From positions 8,472-72,471 of IMG/VR virus record IMGVR_UViG_3300047510_003167: a DNA stretch of 64,000 bases; one strand, given 5' to 3'. Below are positions 48,909-56,954 of the stretch, in pieces. A model generated the notes under the pieces. That model did not search any database and was not told where the DNA came from. It saw only the letters and a program-made list of their open reading frames with translations. The position numbers and the translations under genes were made by a program. Position 1 is the stretch's first letter; each line of letters begins with the position of its first letter. The stretch comes from a virus.

Positions 48909-49621
48909 TTTCGACCATCATTCGCAATCGCGAATCACACGTAGCACGGTGGGCGGATCAGCTTTGCACCTTGACCGAACTGAATCCAACTATTCAATTT
49001 GATTTATCTGTTTTTGAGAATGACTCTACAGACAAGACCAAACAACTCCTGGAAGCAGCAGAAGACCAGCTCCTTGACCATTTCTCATCTGTCTTAATTG
49101 AGACTCAAGATTTGAATTGGCCGTACTTCAATTCCATCAAAGAAGAAGAACGTGTTGGCTTCCTTGCCAGAGCACGCAACTTCACCCTTGATGTCATCGA
49201 AGAACTTGAGGGCCTAGATCAATATGACAAGATTGTTTGTGTTGAGCCTGACATTGAGTACGAACCAGCCGAACTAAGCAACCTCCTGTACACCAAAGAT
49301 GACATTGCTTCCGGGTACAGCGTGCTCCCCGAAGGCAATAACTGGATCTACGACTGCTGGGCAACACGCATCCACCACGCAGACGAAGAGTTCACTGGGC
49401 CTGGCCTGGAGGAAATGCCTGAGCGTTTGCCCGTAGCATCAACCTTTAATTGTTTCTGCGTTTATAAAGCAGAACCTTTCAAGAAAGGACTCCGCTTTTC
49501 CGGCACCAACCCATTAACCAAGCGCTGGGACTGCGATACCACAAACATCTGTTTATCTTTTCGGCAATCCGGATATAACAAGATCGGTCTCTACAACATC
49601 CCTGTAGTTCATTGCAGTTGA
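48896..49621 (+). CDS. Glycosyltransferase, GT-A fold
   Basis: FENDSTDKT, LARARN, EPD, YDCWATR; paralogous to 45835-46674. Confidence 0.75.
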   Translation: MRILISTIIRNRESHVARWADQLCTLTELNPTIQFDLSVFENDSTDKTKQLLEAAEDQLLDHFSSVLIETQDLNWPYFNSIKEEERVGFLARARNFTLDVIEELEGLDQYDKIVCVEPDIEYEPAELSNLLYTKDDIASGYSVLPEGNNWIYDCWATRIHHADEEFTGPGLEEMPERLPVASTFNCFCVYKAEPFKKGLRFSGTNPLTKRWDCDTTNICLSFRQSGYNKIGLYNIPVVHCS

Positions 49622-49691
49622 TAATTACAACAGTTGCTTTTACCTTGTGTTTACAACTGCGGTTATACTAAGGAAACCAAAAGATTCTGAA

Positions 49692-49898
49692 ATGGCATTA
49701 TCTTCTCAAGTTAAAGAAGCTGTCAATCAATCAGCCAGTGCCTTGCGTGAGGGCCTTGCTTTTGCCGCACGCACTGAACACCCTGTTGTAATTAGCACGA
49801 TTACCGACATCTTGGTACGGCTTGAATCACTTGAGTCCATGGAAGAAATCATGGAAAAGTTTGGCAAACCCCGCGACCTTCCTTCATTCTTTGGCTGA
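49692..49898 (+). CDS. Hypothetical protein
   Basis: MALSSQVKEAV...LAFAARTEHP. Confidence 0.65.
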   Translation: MALSSQVKEAVNQSASALREGLAFAARTEHPVVISTITDILVRLESLESMEEIMEKFGKPRDLPSFFG

Positions 49899-50064
49899 CT
49901 TTAAAGTTCCAAGCGACCAACAACGCCTTGAGAATTACTTCTGGGAACTAGAACGTCTTATCCCTAATCCGGGAAAAGACTGGGCCAAGGCTGCGAAACC
50001 ATGCAAGTGGGCAAAGATACTAAAAGAAAAAGCCAATCGCAAGGGAGGCGAGCCCGGTAAATGA
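49891..50064 (+). CDS. Hypothetical protein
   Basis: TTG start overlapping previous stop; ends RKGGEPGK. Confidence 0.45.
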   Translation: MADFKVPSDQQRLENYFWELERLIPNPGKDWAKAAKPCKWAKILKEKANRKGGEPGK

Positions 50065-50101
50065 TTTTGTGCTATTGTAAGGAAAGCACAAAACACCTCT
50101 A

Positions 50102-50710
50102 ATGCAAAAACTGTGTCGTGAATGCGGTATTAGAAAACCGCACGAAAATTTTCAAAATAAAGGAGTTACATCTTCTGGCAATATAAAAAGAAGTAGTGTT
50201 TGTAAAGAGTGCAGCTCTATTCTTAATCGTCGTTTTAAACTTTTGTATGGCGTAGATGGACAAAAACAGTGTTCCAAATGCGCTCATTATTTAGATTGGG
50301 ATTGTTTTAGAAAAAGAAAACAAGATGGCAAAACGTATTTACACTCTTCTTGTAAAACTTGCAACAAAATAAAATGGGACAAATGGGTAGAAAATAATAA
50401 AGAGCATTATCAAAAAATTAAAAAACAAGGTCAAAATATATTTCATCATGAACACAAGAAATACGAACGAAGAGGCATTACAAAAGAACAATATGAATTT
50501 GTTTTTAAATTACAAGAGGGAGTTTGCGCAATTTGCCAAGAATTACCTAAAGATAATCAATCTTTAGCAATGGATCACAACCATAAAACCAATGAATTTA
50601 GAGGATTACTGTGCAAAGAATGTAATAGAGCTCTGGGCTTGTTTGGTGATAATATAGATGTATTGACAAACGCAGTCATTTATCTTAAAGAACGAGGCAG
50701 CTATGGCTGA
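50102..50710 (+). CDS. Endonuclease VII-like homing endonuclease
   Basis: Four N-terminal CxxC motifs, then QEGVCAIC...MDHNH..RGLLCKECNRALG; very AT-rich. Confidence 0.9.
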   Translation: MQKLCRECGIRKPHENFQNKGVTSSGNIKRSSVCKECSSILNRRFKLLYGVDGQKQCSKCAHYLDWDCFRKRKQDGKTYLHSSCKTCNKIKWDKWVENNKEHYQKIKKQGQNIFHHEHKKYERRGITKEQYEFVFKLQEGVCAICQELPKDNQSLAMDHNHKTNEFRGLLCKECNRALGLFGDNIDVLTNAVIYLKERGSYG

Positions 50711-51011
50711 AGATAAAAGCAAGTACACAAAACCTGACTTACGTGAACGTATTAAAAATCGCGTAATGCGCGAAGGCCGGGGTGGAAAACCAGGGGAATG
50801 GTCGTAGCCGTGAGGCTAAATAACTTCGGCACGTAAAGCTCAACTGGTTGCTCAGCAATATAAAGAAGCCGGTGGCGGATATAAAGGCGGCAAGGGTGAG
50901 AAGCAAAAGTCTTTAGAGAAGTGGGGAGAAGAAAAGTGGCAGACCAAGGATGAATACGAGAAGCGCTCCAAAGCTAAGTCTGCAGCCAAAAAATATAAGG
51001 AGAATAAGTAA
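50703..51011 (+). CDS. Basic conserved protein (DUF5872-like) interrupted by a 24-nt coding gap (not in ORF track)
   Basis: YTKPDLRERIK...GGKPGEWS [gap 50805-50828] ARKAQLVAQQYKEAGGGYKG...QKSLEKW; both halves in one frame. Confidence 0.75.
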
Positions 51012-51721
51012 TGGACGCTCGTCAACAAGCTCAAAGCTTTTTAAAAACTTTTAATTTACAAGAAGCAAAAGATAAAATTATTCGTTCGTCACAGCTTTCA
51101 ATAAATAGCGGCGGATATGAATTACCTGGAGCAACTTGGCGACAGCTTACCAATCAAATAGAAAAAGAAGAAAAACAAATACCTTTAGTTGCAAAAAATA
51201 AAATAGTTGAAAAACAATCTTTAAATCTATTAAAACAACAAAATCTTCAACAAAAAATACAAGCAAATAAAGAAGATTTAAGAGCACAAGCCCATAAAGC
51301 TTTATCGACTAATCCGGCTGTTAAGTTAAACACTAATCAAGTTATTAGCGATAGTTGGCTTCCCGGTCAAGCCAGTGCAGCAGCTCATTCTTACAAAGAA
51401 GATGTTTTGTCTTATGCATTAGAAGCTTCTAGAATTAGAAATATGCCAATTCAAAAAGCTGTTCAAGAAGCTGTTCAAAATGTCTCCCCTTCTTCTTATT
51501 TAGGAAACGTGCCTTTAAATGCTGGAGAAACTACTCAGATAGCAACAGCCGCAAGTAATCCTTATTTTCAAAGGCTTGTAGAATCAGATGAGTTAGGGTA
51601 TAGCCCAAGAGAAGCCCTGGAAATTTATAGTAAAACAGATCCAAAATTTTTATACGGAGCAGATAATTTGCGTACGCAAATTAAAAAAGAAGATTTTGAC
51701 GATGAATGGGAAATGTATTAA
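51011..51721 (+). CDS. Hypothetical protein
   Basis: 236 aa, AT-rich, TAATG-coupled at both ends. Confidence 0.65.
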   Translation: MDARQQAQSFLKTFNLQEAKDKIIRSSQLSINSGGYELPGATWRQLTNQIEKEEKQIPLVAKNKIVEKQSLNLLKQQNLQQKIQANKEDLRAQAHKALSTNPAVKLNTNQVISDSWLPGQASAAAHSYKEDVLSYALEASRIRNMPIQKAVQEAVQNVSPSSYLGNVPLNAGETTQIATAASNPYFQRLVESDELGYSPREALEIYSKTDPKFLYGADNLRTQIKKEDFDDEWEMY

Positions 51722-51930
51722 TGGCTGACAAAGCAATTCAACCTGGGTATACCAAGCGTTACTTACCAGAAAAAGCGTGGGCTTCTTTATCGAAAGAAGA
51801 ACGGGAGGAAACTGATCGCAAGAAACGAGAAGGTAGCAGGCAAGGAAAACAATTTATTCCTAATACGGAAACCGCCAAGAAAGCTGGTAAGGCTGCACGA
51901 GCTGCAAAGCATTATAAAAAGAAAAAGTAA
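51721..51930 (+). CDS. Basic protein resembling the C-terminal half of DUF5872-like proteins
   Basis: KRYLPEKAWASLS.EE...TDRKKREGS..GKQF.PNT. Confidence 0.7.
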   Translation: MADKAIQPGYTKRYLPEKAWASLSKEEREETDRKKREGSRQGKQFIPNTETAKKAGKAARAAKHYKKKK

Positions 51931-51990
51931 TATAGAATACATTCGCTCTCTGTAAACCCAGAGAACAGGTATGGACACTCCCGTCACATG

Positions 51991-52018
51991 ATCCCGGCTT
52001 GAGCAACCGGGATTTTTT
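51991..52018 (+). terminator. Rho-independent terminator
   Basis: ATCCCGG-CTTGAGCAA-CCGGGAT plus T run. Confidence 0.8.
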
Positions 52019-52038
52019 GTTATGTTAGATTTGATATA

Positions 52039-52252
52039 GGTCAAAACTTTGCTTGGATACGCCTGGTTAACTCACAGCCCGATTGTCGGTACGTCAAGCA
52101 CTTTTGATCCATCCCACCCCTATTGCTCTGTCGGTAGGGTGCAGCCAGCCTGCTGGTTTGCGTAACACCCCCTAAGCCTATCTCTCATTATGGATTCATT
52201 CGCTATTCGCGAATGGCAAATGGATTTAGAGATGAAGCTCAAACCTGGGGGT
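52039..52252 (+). ncRNA. Putative structured ncRNA
   Basis: Region with no long ORF and four pairing domains, preceded by -10-like TAGATT, followed by a tRNA-like gene. Confidence 0.5.
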
Positions 52253-52256
52253 CACT

Positions 52257-52328
52257 CGGTCGGTAGTCCATTGGTAAGGACAGGGCGACAAGCTACGTAG
52301 ATAGTTGGTTCGATTCCAACACGACCGA
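52257..52328 (+). tRNA. tRNA-like gene with aberrant anticodon arm (identity undetermined)
   Basis: Acceptor CGGTCG/CGACCG, D arm GTCC-ATTGGTAA-GGAC, T arm GTTGG-TTCGATT-CCAAC; no canonical 5-7-5 anticodon arm. Confidence 0.65.
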
Positions 52329-52365
52329 TTTATATTGTTATATTTATAAGAGCTTTAATAGTTAT

Positions 52366-52614
52366 TTGCCTAACAGCAGAGCAAAACTTCAAGAGAATCG
52401 AAACAAACTCCTGGAGTATAAAAAAACTTTAAAGTGTGAACACTGTGGAATAAACGACCACAGAATCCTTGAGTTCCATCATGTTGGAACTAAGGATCAC
52501 AACATATCAACAATGGTTAATTACGGATACGCCTGGCGGCGCATCCAAGAGGAAATAGAAAAGTGTATTGCTTTATGCTGCAACTGCCACAGGCTTGAGC
52601 ACTGGAGCGATTAA
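52366..52614 (+). CDS. Small HNH endonuclease
   Basis: CEHCG...LEFHH...EIEKCIALCCNCHRLEH. Confidence 0.8.
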   Translation: MPNSRAKLQENRNKLLEYKKTLKCEHCGINDHRILEFHHVGTKDHNISTMVNYGYAWRRIQEEIEKCIALCCNCHRLEHWSD

Positions 52615-53162
52615 GAATTTCGGAGCGTAGCTTTGATAAACCAAGCAGCTTTAAACGCCTGACCAACAAGATCAGCCATGTAGTTCTGGATGTCAACAGC
52701 ACCAACCTTGGCAGCAACAGGCTCAAGCTTTTTGGCTTTCATGCCCAGCTCCTCAAGGTTCTTGTAGTACGTAGCAAGTTGCTCGGTACCCTTGTAGCTG
52801 GTGACTTTCTGGATGCCAGGAGACATGTCGGTCAACCCACAGCCACACATCGGCATAAGGTAGTCCATGGACCTGATAAACTCACCTAGCGTGTCGAACT
52901 GGGTCAGATGAGCCTCGTATTGGTCTTTAAGGAACCCATGCACCCCGAGGAAGTTCGCCCCCTCGTAGTTCAGGTGAATGAGATGGGACTGTGTCTCAAG
53001 TTCCTTGATGTAAGCGCAGAGGGCAATGCACTGCTGAATGAAGGACCCGACATCACCATTCTTTGATTTAGCCGGACCCTTAGGCTTGTCCTGGGGCTGA
53101 GGTACAGCTTGCATTTGGGGAGCCTCAGCAGACTGAGCCTGTTGTGGTGCAGGGGTATACAT
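52611..53162 (-). CDS. Dps/ferritin-like protein
   Basis: HLIHLNYEGANFLGVHGFLKDQY...FDTLGEFIR, C-terminal KAAWFI. Confidence 0.75.
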   Translation of the reverse strand: MYTPAPQQAQSAEAPQMQAVPQPQDKPKGPAKSKNGDVGSFIQQCIALCAYIKELETQSHLIHLNYEGANFLGVHGFLKDQYEAHLTQFDTLGEFIRSMDYLMPMCGCGLTDMSPGIQKVTSYKGTEQLATYYKNLEELGMKAKKLEPVAAKVGAVDIQNYMADLVGQAFKAAWFIKATLRNS

Positions 53163-53188
53163 AAGTCTTGATCAGTAGTTCTAGTTTA

Positions 53189-54508
53189 TCAGCGGCTAAC
53201 CTCTTCCCAATCCATAGAAGCAAGGATATCAGAACCTGCTTGAGCAGAGCTGCAAGCCAACGTAAGTTCTTCAGGAGTACTGGTGAAGCTATTACGCACC
53301 AATTGAAATTTAAACAAAGCTTCTTTTAAAATATCAATAACGCTTGATCCTTGGTTTGAACCAGTTGTGTAGCCACCAGCCAACACACGACCAGAGCCTT
53401 GAGTAAAAGAAGTACCACTGATGTTGTATTCAACAGAAGAATCATCTCCCAAATTAGCCCATGTCCCGCCAGACGTTGTGCCTCCAGCAATGATTTTCCA
53501 GTTGTAATTTGAGTTGTTTGTAATTCCCATGATTGATAAAGCAGTTAAGATAACCACTGCATCAAGGCGAGTTGATTTAAGACGAATAGAAACAACAGGA
53601 TATTCCGTAGAAATATTTGTTAAATCATACGGTGATGCAACAGGAGTACCAATAGAAGACTGTGCTCCACGCAATTCATAACCACCTTCTGAAATTACTG
53701 TTGAACAAACTTGCTTTAATGTGCTACTACTTGCAGTTGTATCAAGATTTGTAATTTCATATCGCAAAGGAAGCGATGCAGTAGTGATATACGTTGATGT
53801 AATTAAATTGGCGTGATGGAAAGAATGGCAGTGAACTAATTCACCATTGATTACAAACCCAGCACGTACCGTGCCCAAGCCTAACCATTCAATATCAAAC
53901 CAAAGGATTTGAGCCTTGGTAATATCTAAAGTAAATCCTGAAGGACCCTTGCCGTCAAGTTTATCAATATTCCAATTTTCTTGAACAGCAATTGTTTCAA
54001 CAGGACTACCAGTTACAGAGCTTCTTTCTACAAAAGAAGGTGAAGATGTACCACTTACTTCAAGGTAAACACCATTTGCTGATCCATAGTAACCAACTCT
54101 TTGACGCAAGTTGGCTTTACCAGAAGCCATTACAAATGTACTCATAATCTGCAGGGATTTCCCTGGTTGATAAGAGCAGACTTTTGTAGTTTCTCTTATA
54201 ACTTGAGCACCAGAAGCTGTAGTTACGTTTAAATTAATTAAGCCTTCACCACTGCTAAACGCATATGTACCACCAGTCCCTGTTGATGTAGCCCACAATC
54301 CATTATCACGATATCGATGACTGGAGTCAAAAAGAGTTAAAGGACTTGAAATACGTAAACGTCCAAATGCATCACCAGCTGTTGAAGTTGGTTTTATAGC
54401 AACAGAATAACCACTAGCTGTAATTACTTCTAATGGATTACCACTAGTTGTTTGTACTTTGATTACTTCATACAGATTAGTATCCGCCGGATCTCTATAT
54501 AAAGGCAT
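53189..54508 (-). CDS. Conserved phage (probable virion) protein
   Basis: 439 aa; DAFGRLRISSPLTLFDS, YQPGKS, EWLGLG.VR.GF. Confidence 0.7.
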   Translation of the reverse strand: MPLYRDPADTNLYEVIKVQTTSGNPLEVITASGYSVAIKPTSTAGDAFGRLRISSPLTLFDSSHRYRDNGLWATSTGTGGTYAFSSGEGLINLNVTTASGAQVIRETTKVCSYQPGKSLQIMSTFVMASGKANLRQRVGYYGSANGVYLEVSGTSSPSFVERSSVTGSPVETIAVQENWNIDKLDGKGPSGFTLDITKAQILWFDIEWLGLGTVRAGFVINGELVHCHSFHHANLITSTYITTASLPLRYEITNLDTTASSSTLKQVCSTVISEGGYELRGAQSSIGTPVASPYDLTNISTEYPVVSIRLKSTRLDAVVILTALSIMGITNNSNYNWKIIAGGTTSGGTWANLGDDSSVEYNISGTSFTQGSGRVLAGGYTTGSNQGSSVIDILKEALFKFQLVRNSFTSTPEELTLACSSAQAGSDILASMDWEEVSR

Positions 54509-54553
54509 TGTCTTTTATGTTTTATTTCTTAATTCTATGACGTACTTTTTAGC

Positions 54554-54769
54554 TTAAAAATAGCCAAGCAATTCTTCTGCATGTTTGTGTTGAGCAAGCG
54601 TATATGCATACCTTTCTCTAAGCACTTCCATAAACCCTTCCGCTATTTCTTTGGCGGACAACCCTTCTTCAAACTCAGTGAGAGTGTCGTGAAAATATTC
54701 TTTGATCCTTTCTTTGGTAAAGACAGGAGCTTTAAAAACAGAAGGCAAGTTGTTAATAGAGTTTGTCAT
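54554..54769 (-). CDS. Hypothetical protein
   Basis: ORF from MTNSINNL. Confidence 0.55.
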   Translation of the reverse strand: MTNSINNLPSVFKAPVFTKERIKEYFHDTLTEFEEGLSAKEIAEGFMEVLRERYAYTLAQHKHAEELLGYF

Positions 54770-54776
54770 TTGTTTT

Positions 54777-54805
54777 AAATAAATAGCGCCCACTGACGTG
54801 AGCGC
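54777..54805 (-). terminator. Possible terminator hairpin
   Basis: Minus strand GCGCTCAC-GTCA-GTGGGCGC then TATTTATTT. Confidence 0.5.
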
Positions 54806-54811
54806 AGGACA

Positions 54812-55087
54812 TCAAACAGCAAGTGCTTTTTCTTTTTCGTACTTTTCAATTGCATCAAGTGCATTAAAGTACTGATCACGGCAATAGGGACCAGCTTCGC
54901 TCAAGCAAAACCGTTCCCACAATCCTGTATAGCAATGATTAGTGGGTTTGTAGATTTGATACATGTGTTCAGCAAAGTCCGCTTTGCGTTGTTCATATGC
55001 AACGTCCCAGTTTTTTAGTTGCTCTTTGAGCCAAGGAGTATCAAAAGCTCCAGTCGTATTAAGTTTCTTAGCCAGATCTTCAGTCAT
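54812..55087 (-). CDS. Hypothetical protein
   Basis: ORF from MTEDLAKK. Confidence 0.6.
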   Translation of the reverse strand: MTEDLAKKLNTTGAFDTPWLKEQLKNWDVAYEQRKADFAEHMYQIYKPTNHCYTGLWERFCLSEAGPYCRDQYFNALDAIEKYEKEKALAV

Positions 55088-55283
55088 TGGCTGGACCTTC
55101 AATTGCAGTAATGCTAGTAAAAACGTTTTTAATCTTGGGGCTAGCTTCCAAAATTAAATCGTCAATTTCATCTTGCAATCGAATGGCTAAGTCTTGAGAG
55201 GTAATGCCTTCAAAAGGATTGTGCTCAATTTCAATATCGACCGCAAATGATACGGTCAACGTTGGAGTAAAAACTTTCTCCAT
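55080..55283 (-). CDS. Hypothetical protein
   Basis: 67 aa in a tightly packed operon. Confidence 0.55.
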   Translation of the reverse strand: MEKVFTPTLTVSFAVDIEIEHNPFEGITSQDLAIRLQDEIDDLILEASPKIKNVFTSITAIEGPAND

Positions 55284-55317
55284 TGGTGGAACGAGGGAAC
55301 CTTAACAGGATAGCAGT

Positions 55318-55578
55318 TTATTTTTCCAGCAACCGCTCAAGGGAATGAGTCTTAGCATTTTCATAATATCCAAGCCGCTCTTGGATAACGTTGTAATAAT
55401 TAATAGAAGCATCAACCATTTCTTCTGCAGTCATTTGCGACGACAGGTTTTCATTTGAGATCATGGCGGCAGTAAGCACGGTTACGCCCCACTCAAGCTT
55501 GGAACCAATGATGGCAGAAAGAGGTGTACCACCACTGGTAAACCCAGCCAATAAGTTGGACAGGTTGTCGTCAGTCAT
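55318..55578 (-). CDS. Hypothetical protein
   Basis: 86 aa, AAGGTG upstream. Confidence 0.6.
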   Translation of the reverse strand: MTDDNLSNLLAGFTSGGTPLSAIIGSKLEWGVTVLTAAMISNENLSSQMTAEEMVDASINYYNVIQERLGYYENAKTHSLERLLEK

Positions 55579-55613
55579 GGCACACCTTATGTATCTATTT
55601 ATTGTATTCGGGT

Positions 55614-55982
55614 TTATTTTTCAACCATTGCCATGTAATACCAGTAAGACCTGGCAGCATTTTGGTGAAACCGTTTGCCCAACAACAGCTTGAGTTTTTT
55701 ATTCTCAAGTTCTTCAGCCTTGCTTTCATGATAAGGAAGCACCTCTTCTTCTCGATCAAGAAGGAGAGACAACTCAATATCATTCATTTGCATCTGAAGA
55801 TTAAAATCATCAATAGCGTGCTGGTGACACGACATCTTGATGTGGGCATCTTCCAAGCCAGTAGGCGGCTCAATCTTCTGATAGAAACTGTCCTGGATAT
55901 TCGGATGCTTGTAGATCCAACCGTGGCTCGGCGTAGATTCGCTTGGAGCGGACTGCGTATTCTTGGAAGACTTTGACGCCAT
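55614..55982 (-). CDS. Hypothetical protein
   Basis: ORF from MASKSSKN, overlapping the 3' end of the Gp157-like gene; start uncertain. Confidence 0.55.
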   Translation of the reverse strand: MASKSSKNTQSAPSESTPSHGWIYKHPNIQDSFYQKIEPPTGLEDAHIKMSCHQHAIDDFNLQMQMNDIELSLLLDREEEVLPYHESKAEELENKKLKLLLGKRFHQNAARSYWYYMAMVEK

Positions 55983-56571
55983 GGGGGACTTTGATTCCTT
56001 TTTGGTAAGCACTGCGGATTGCATCGAGGTTAGGGAGGATTTCAACTTTAGTCTTGGGTTCAGTTCTTTCTTCAAGAACTTCACCACTCATAGAACGTAC
56101 CACAGTTTGTTTGGTTGTGGTGACTTCTTGCTCAATACAAAAGTCATCACGTTCTTTTTCAGTCCAATCCTCTGGCTGCACAGAAAGTTCTACGGTCAGA
56201 TCTTTCTTTTTAACAAGAACAAACTGATAGTTGCGCCCTGTAATCTTGTTGGAATCAAGAGGCAGTGAACGCCGCAACCAATTTAACAAACCCTTCAAAG
56301 AACTTAGTTGTGACTCATGATGTCGTTTGGCTGACACCATAAGTTCAGATTCTTTTTTGATTCGTTCTATAGCATCTTCATGCGAAGCAATCGCATAGTA
56401 GATACGATCAATCTTTTCTGAACGAAGCTCAGCACAAGCCTCCAGCTCAGCTCTTGCCAAGTCTTGAGACTCAGAAGTGAGCAAAGGAAGAGAGCGCTCC
56501 AGGGCACCATAATGTTCGTATAACTTAAGGATGTTTAGTTCCTCAAGTTTAGTCGTTGTGACTTGAGTCAT
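55870..56571 (-). CDS. Siphovirus Gp157-like protein
   Basis: EKID.I...coiled coil...PNLDAIR.A...G.KVP.GV. Confidence 0.7.
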   Translation of the reverse strand: MTQVTTTKLEELNILKLYEHYGALERSLPLLTSESQDLARAELEACAELRSEKIDRIYYAIASHEDAIERIKKESELMVSAKRHHESQLSSLKGLLNWLRRSLPLDSNKITGRNYQFVLVKKKDLTVELSVQPEDWTEKERDDFCIEQEVTTTKQTVVRSMSGEVLEERTEPKTKVEILPNLDAIRSAYQKGIKVPHGVKVFQEYAVRSKRIYAEPRLDLQASEYPGQFLSED

Positions 56572-56580
56572 GGCTTGGTA

Positions 56581-56694
56581 CTAGTTGAATTGAGTTTGAA
56601 TTTTGTTTAATATATAGGACAACAGCACTGCGGCTGCTGTCCAAAGAAGATCTTTGAAAATAGAAAGTGCAGCCGAAAGAAATGATTCAAACAT
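56581..56694 (-). CDS. 37-aa membrane peptide (not in ORF track)
   Basis: MFESFLSAALSIFKDLLWTAAAVLLSYILNKIQTQFN. Confidence 0.5.
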   Translation of the reverse strand: MFESFLSAALSIFKDLLWTAAAVLLSYILNKIQTQFN

Positions 56695-56714
56695 GATGGT
56701 GTGAAATGTAATGA

Positions 56715-56742
56715 TGGTCAGTTTAACGTCATGACCAGGACG
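56715..56742 (-). promoter_or_regulatory. Pseudoknot-like leader motif, copy 1
   Basis: CGTC-C-TGGTCA-T-GACG-TTAAAC-TGACCA, 20 nt before ATG 56694. Confidence 0.7.
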
Positions 56743-56747
56743 TAAAG

Positions 56748-56954
56748 TTACTCAGCCGTATCTAGTTCTTCACCTAACGCTTTTATGCATGCAGCATTGA
56801 GGGCCGACCAGATAAACTCTTGTTGACCCTCTTGGCCCCAACTAGTCCATTCAGCTAGCTCTGGATCATTTTCATCCCATTCAATTTGAATAAGTAATGA
56901 TCCATCTTCTTGATCACTACATTCAATTTTTAATTTGCTCACCCAACTTGTCAT
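56748..56954 (-). CDS. Hypothetical protein
   Basis: 68 aa, DGSLLIQIEWDENDP. Confidence 0.55.
   Translation of the reverse strand: MTSWVSKLKIECSDQEDGSLLIQIEWDENDPELAEWTSWGQEGQQEFIWSALNAACIKALGEELDTAE

Noticed and set aside
50805-50828. Gap explained as a self-splicing intron or stop-codon reassignment
   Set aside because: 24 nt is far too short for a group I/II core; all three stops occur in the gap and all three end normal genes elsewhere in the window
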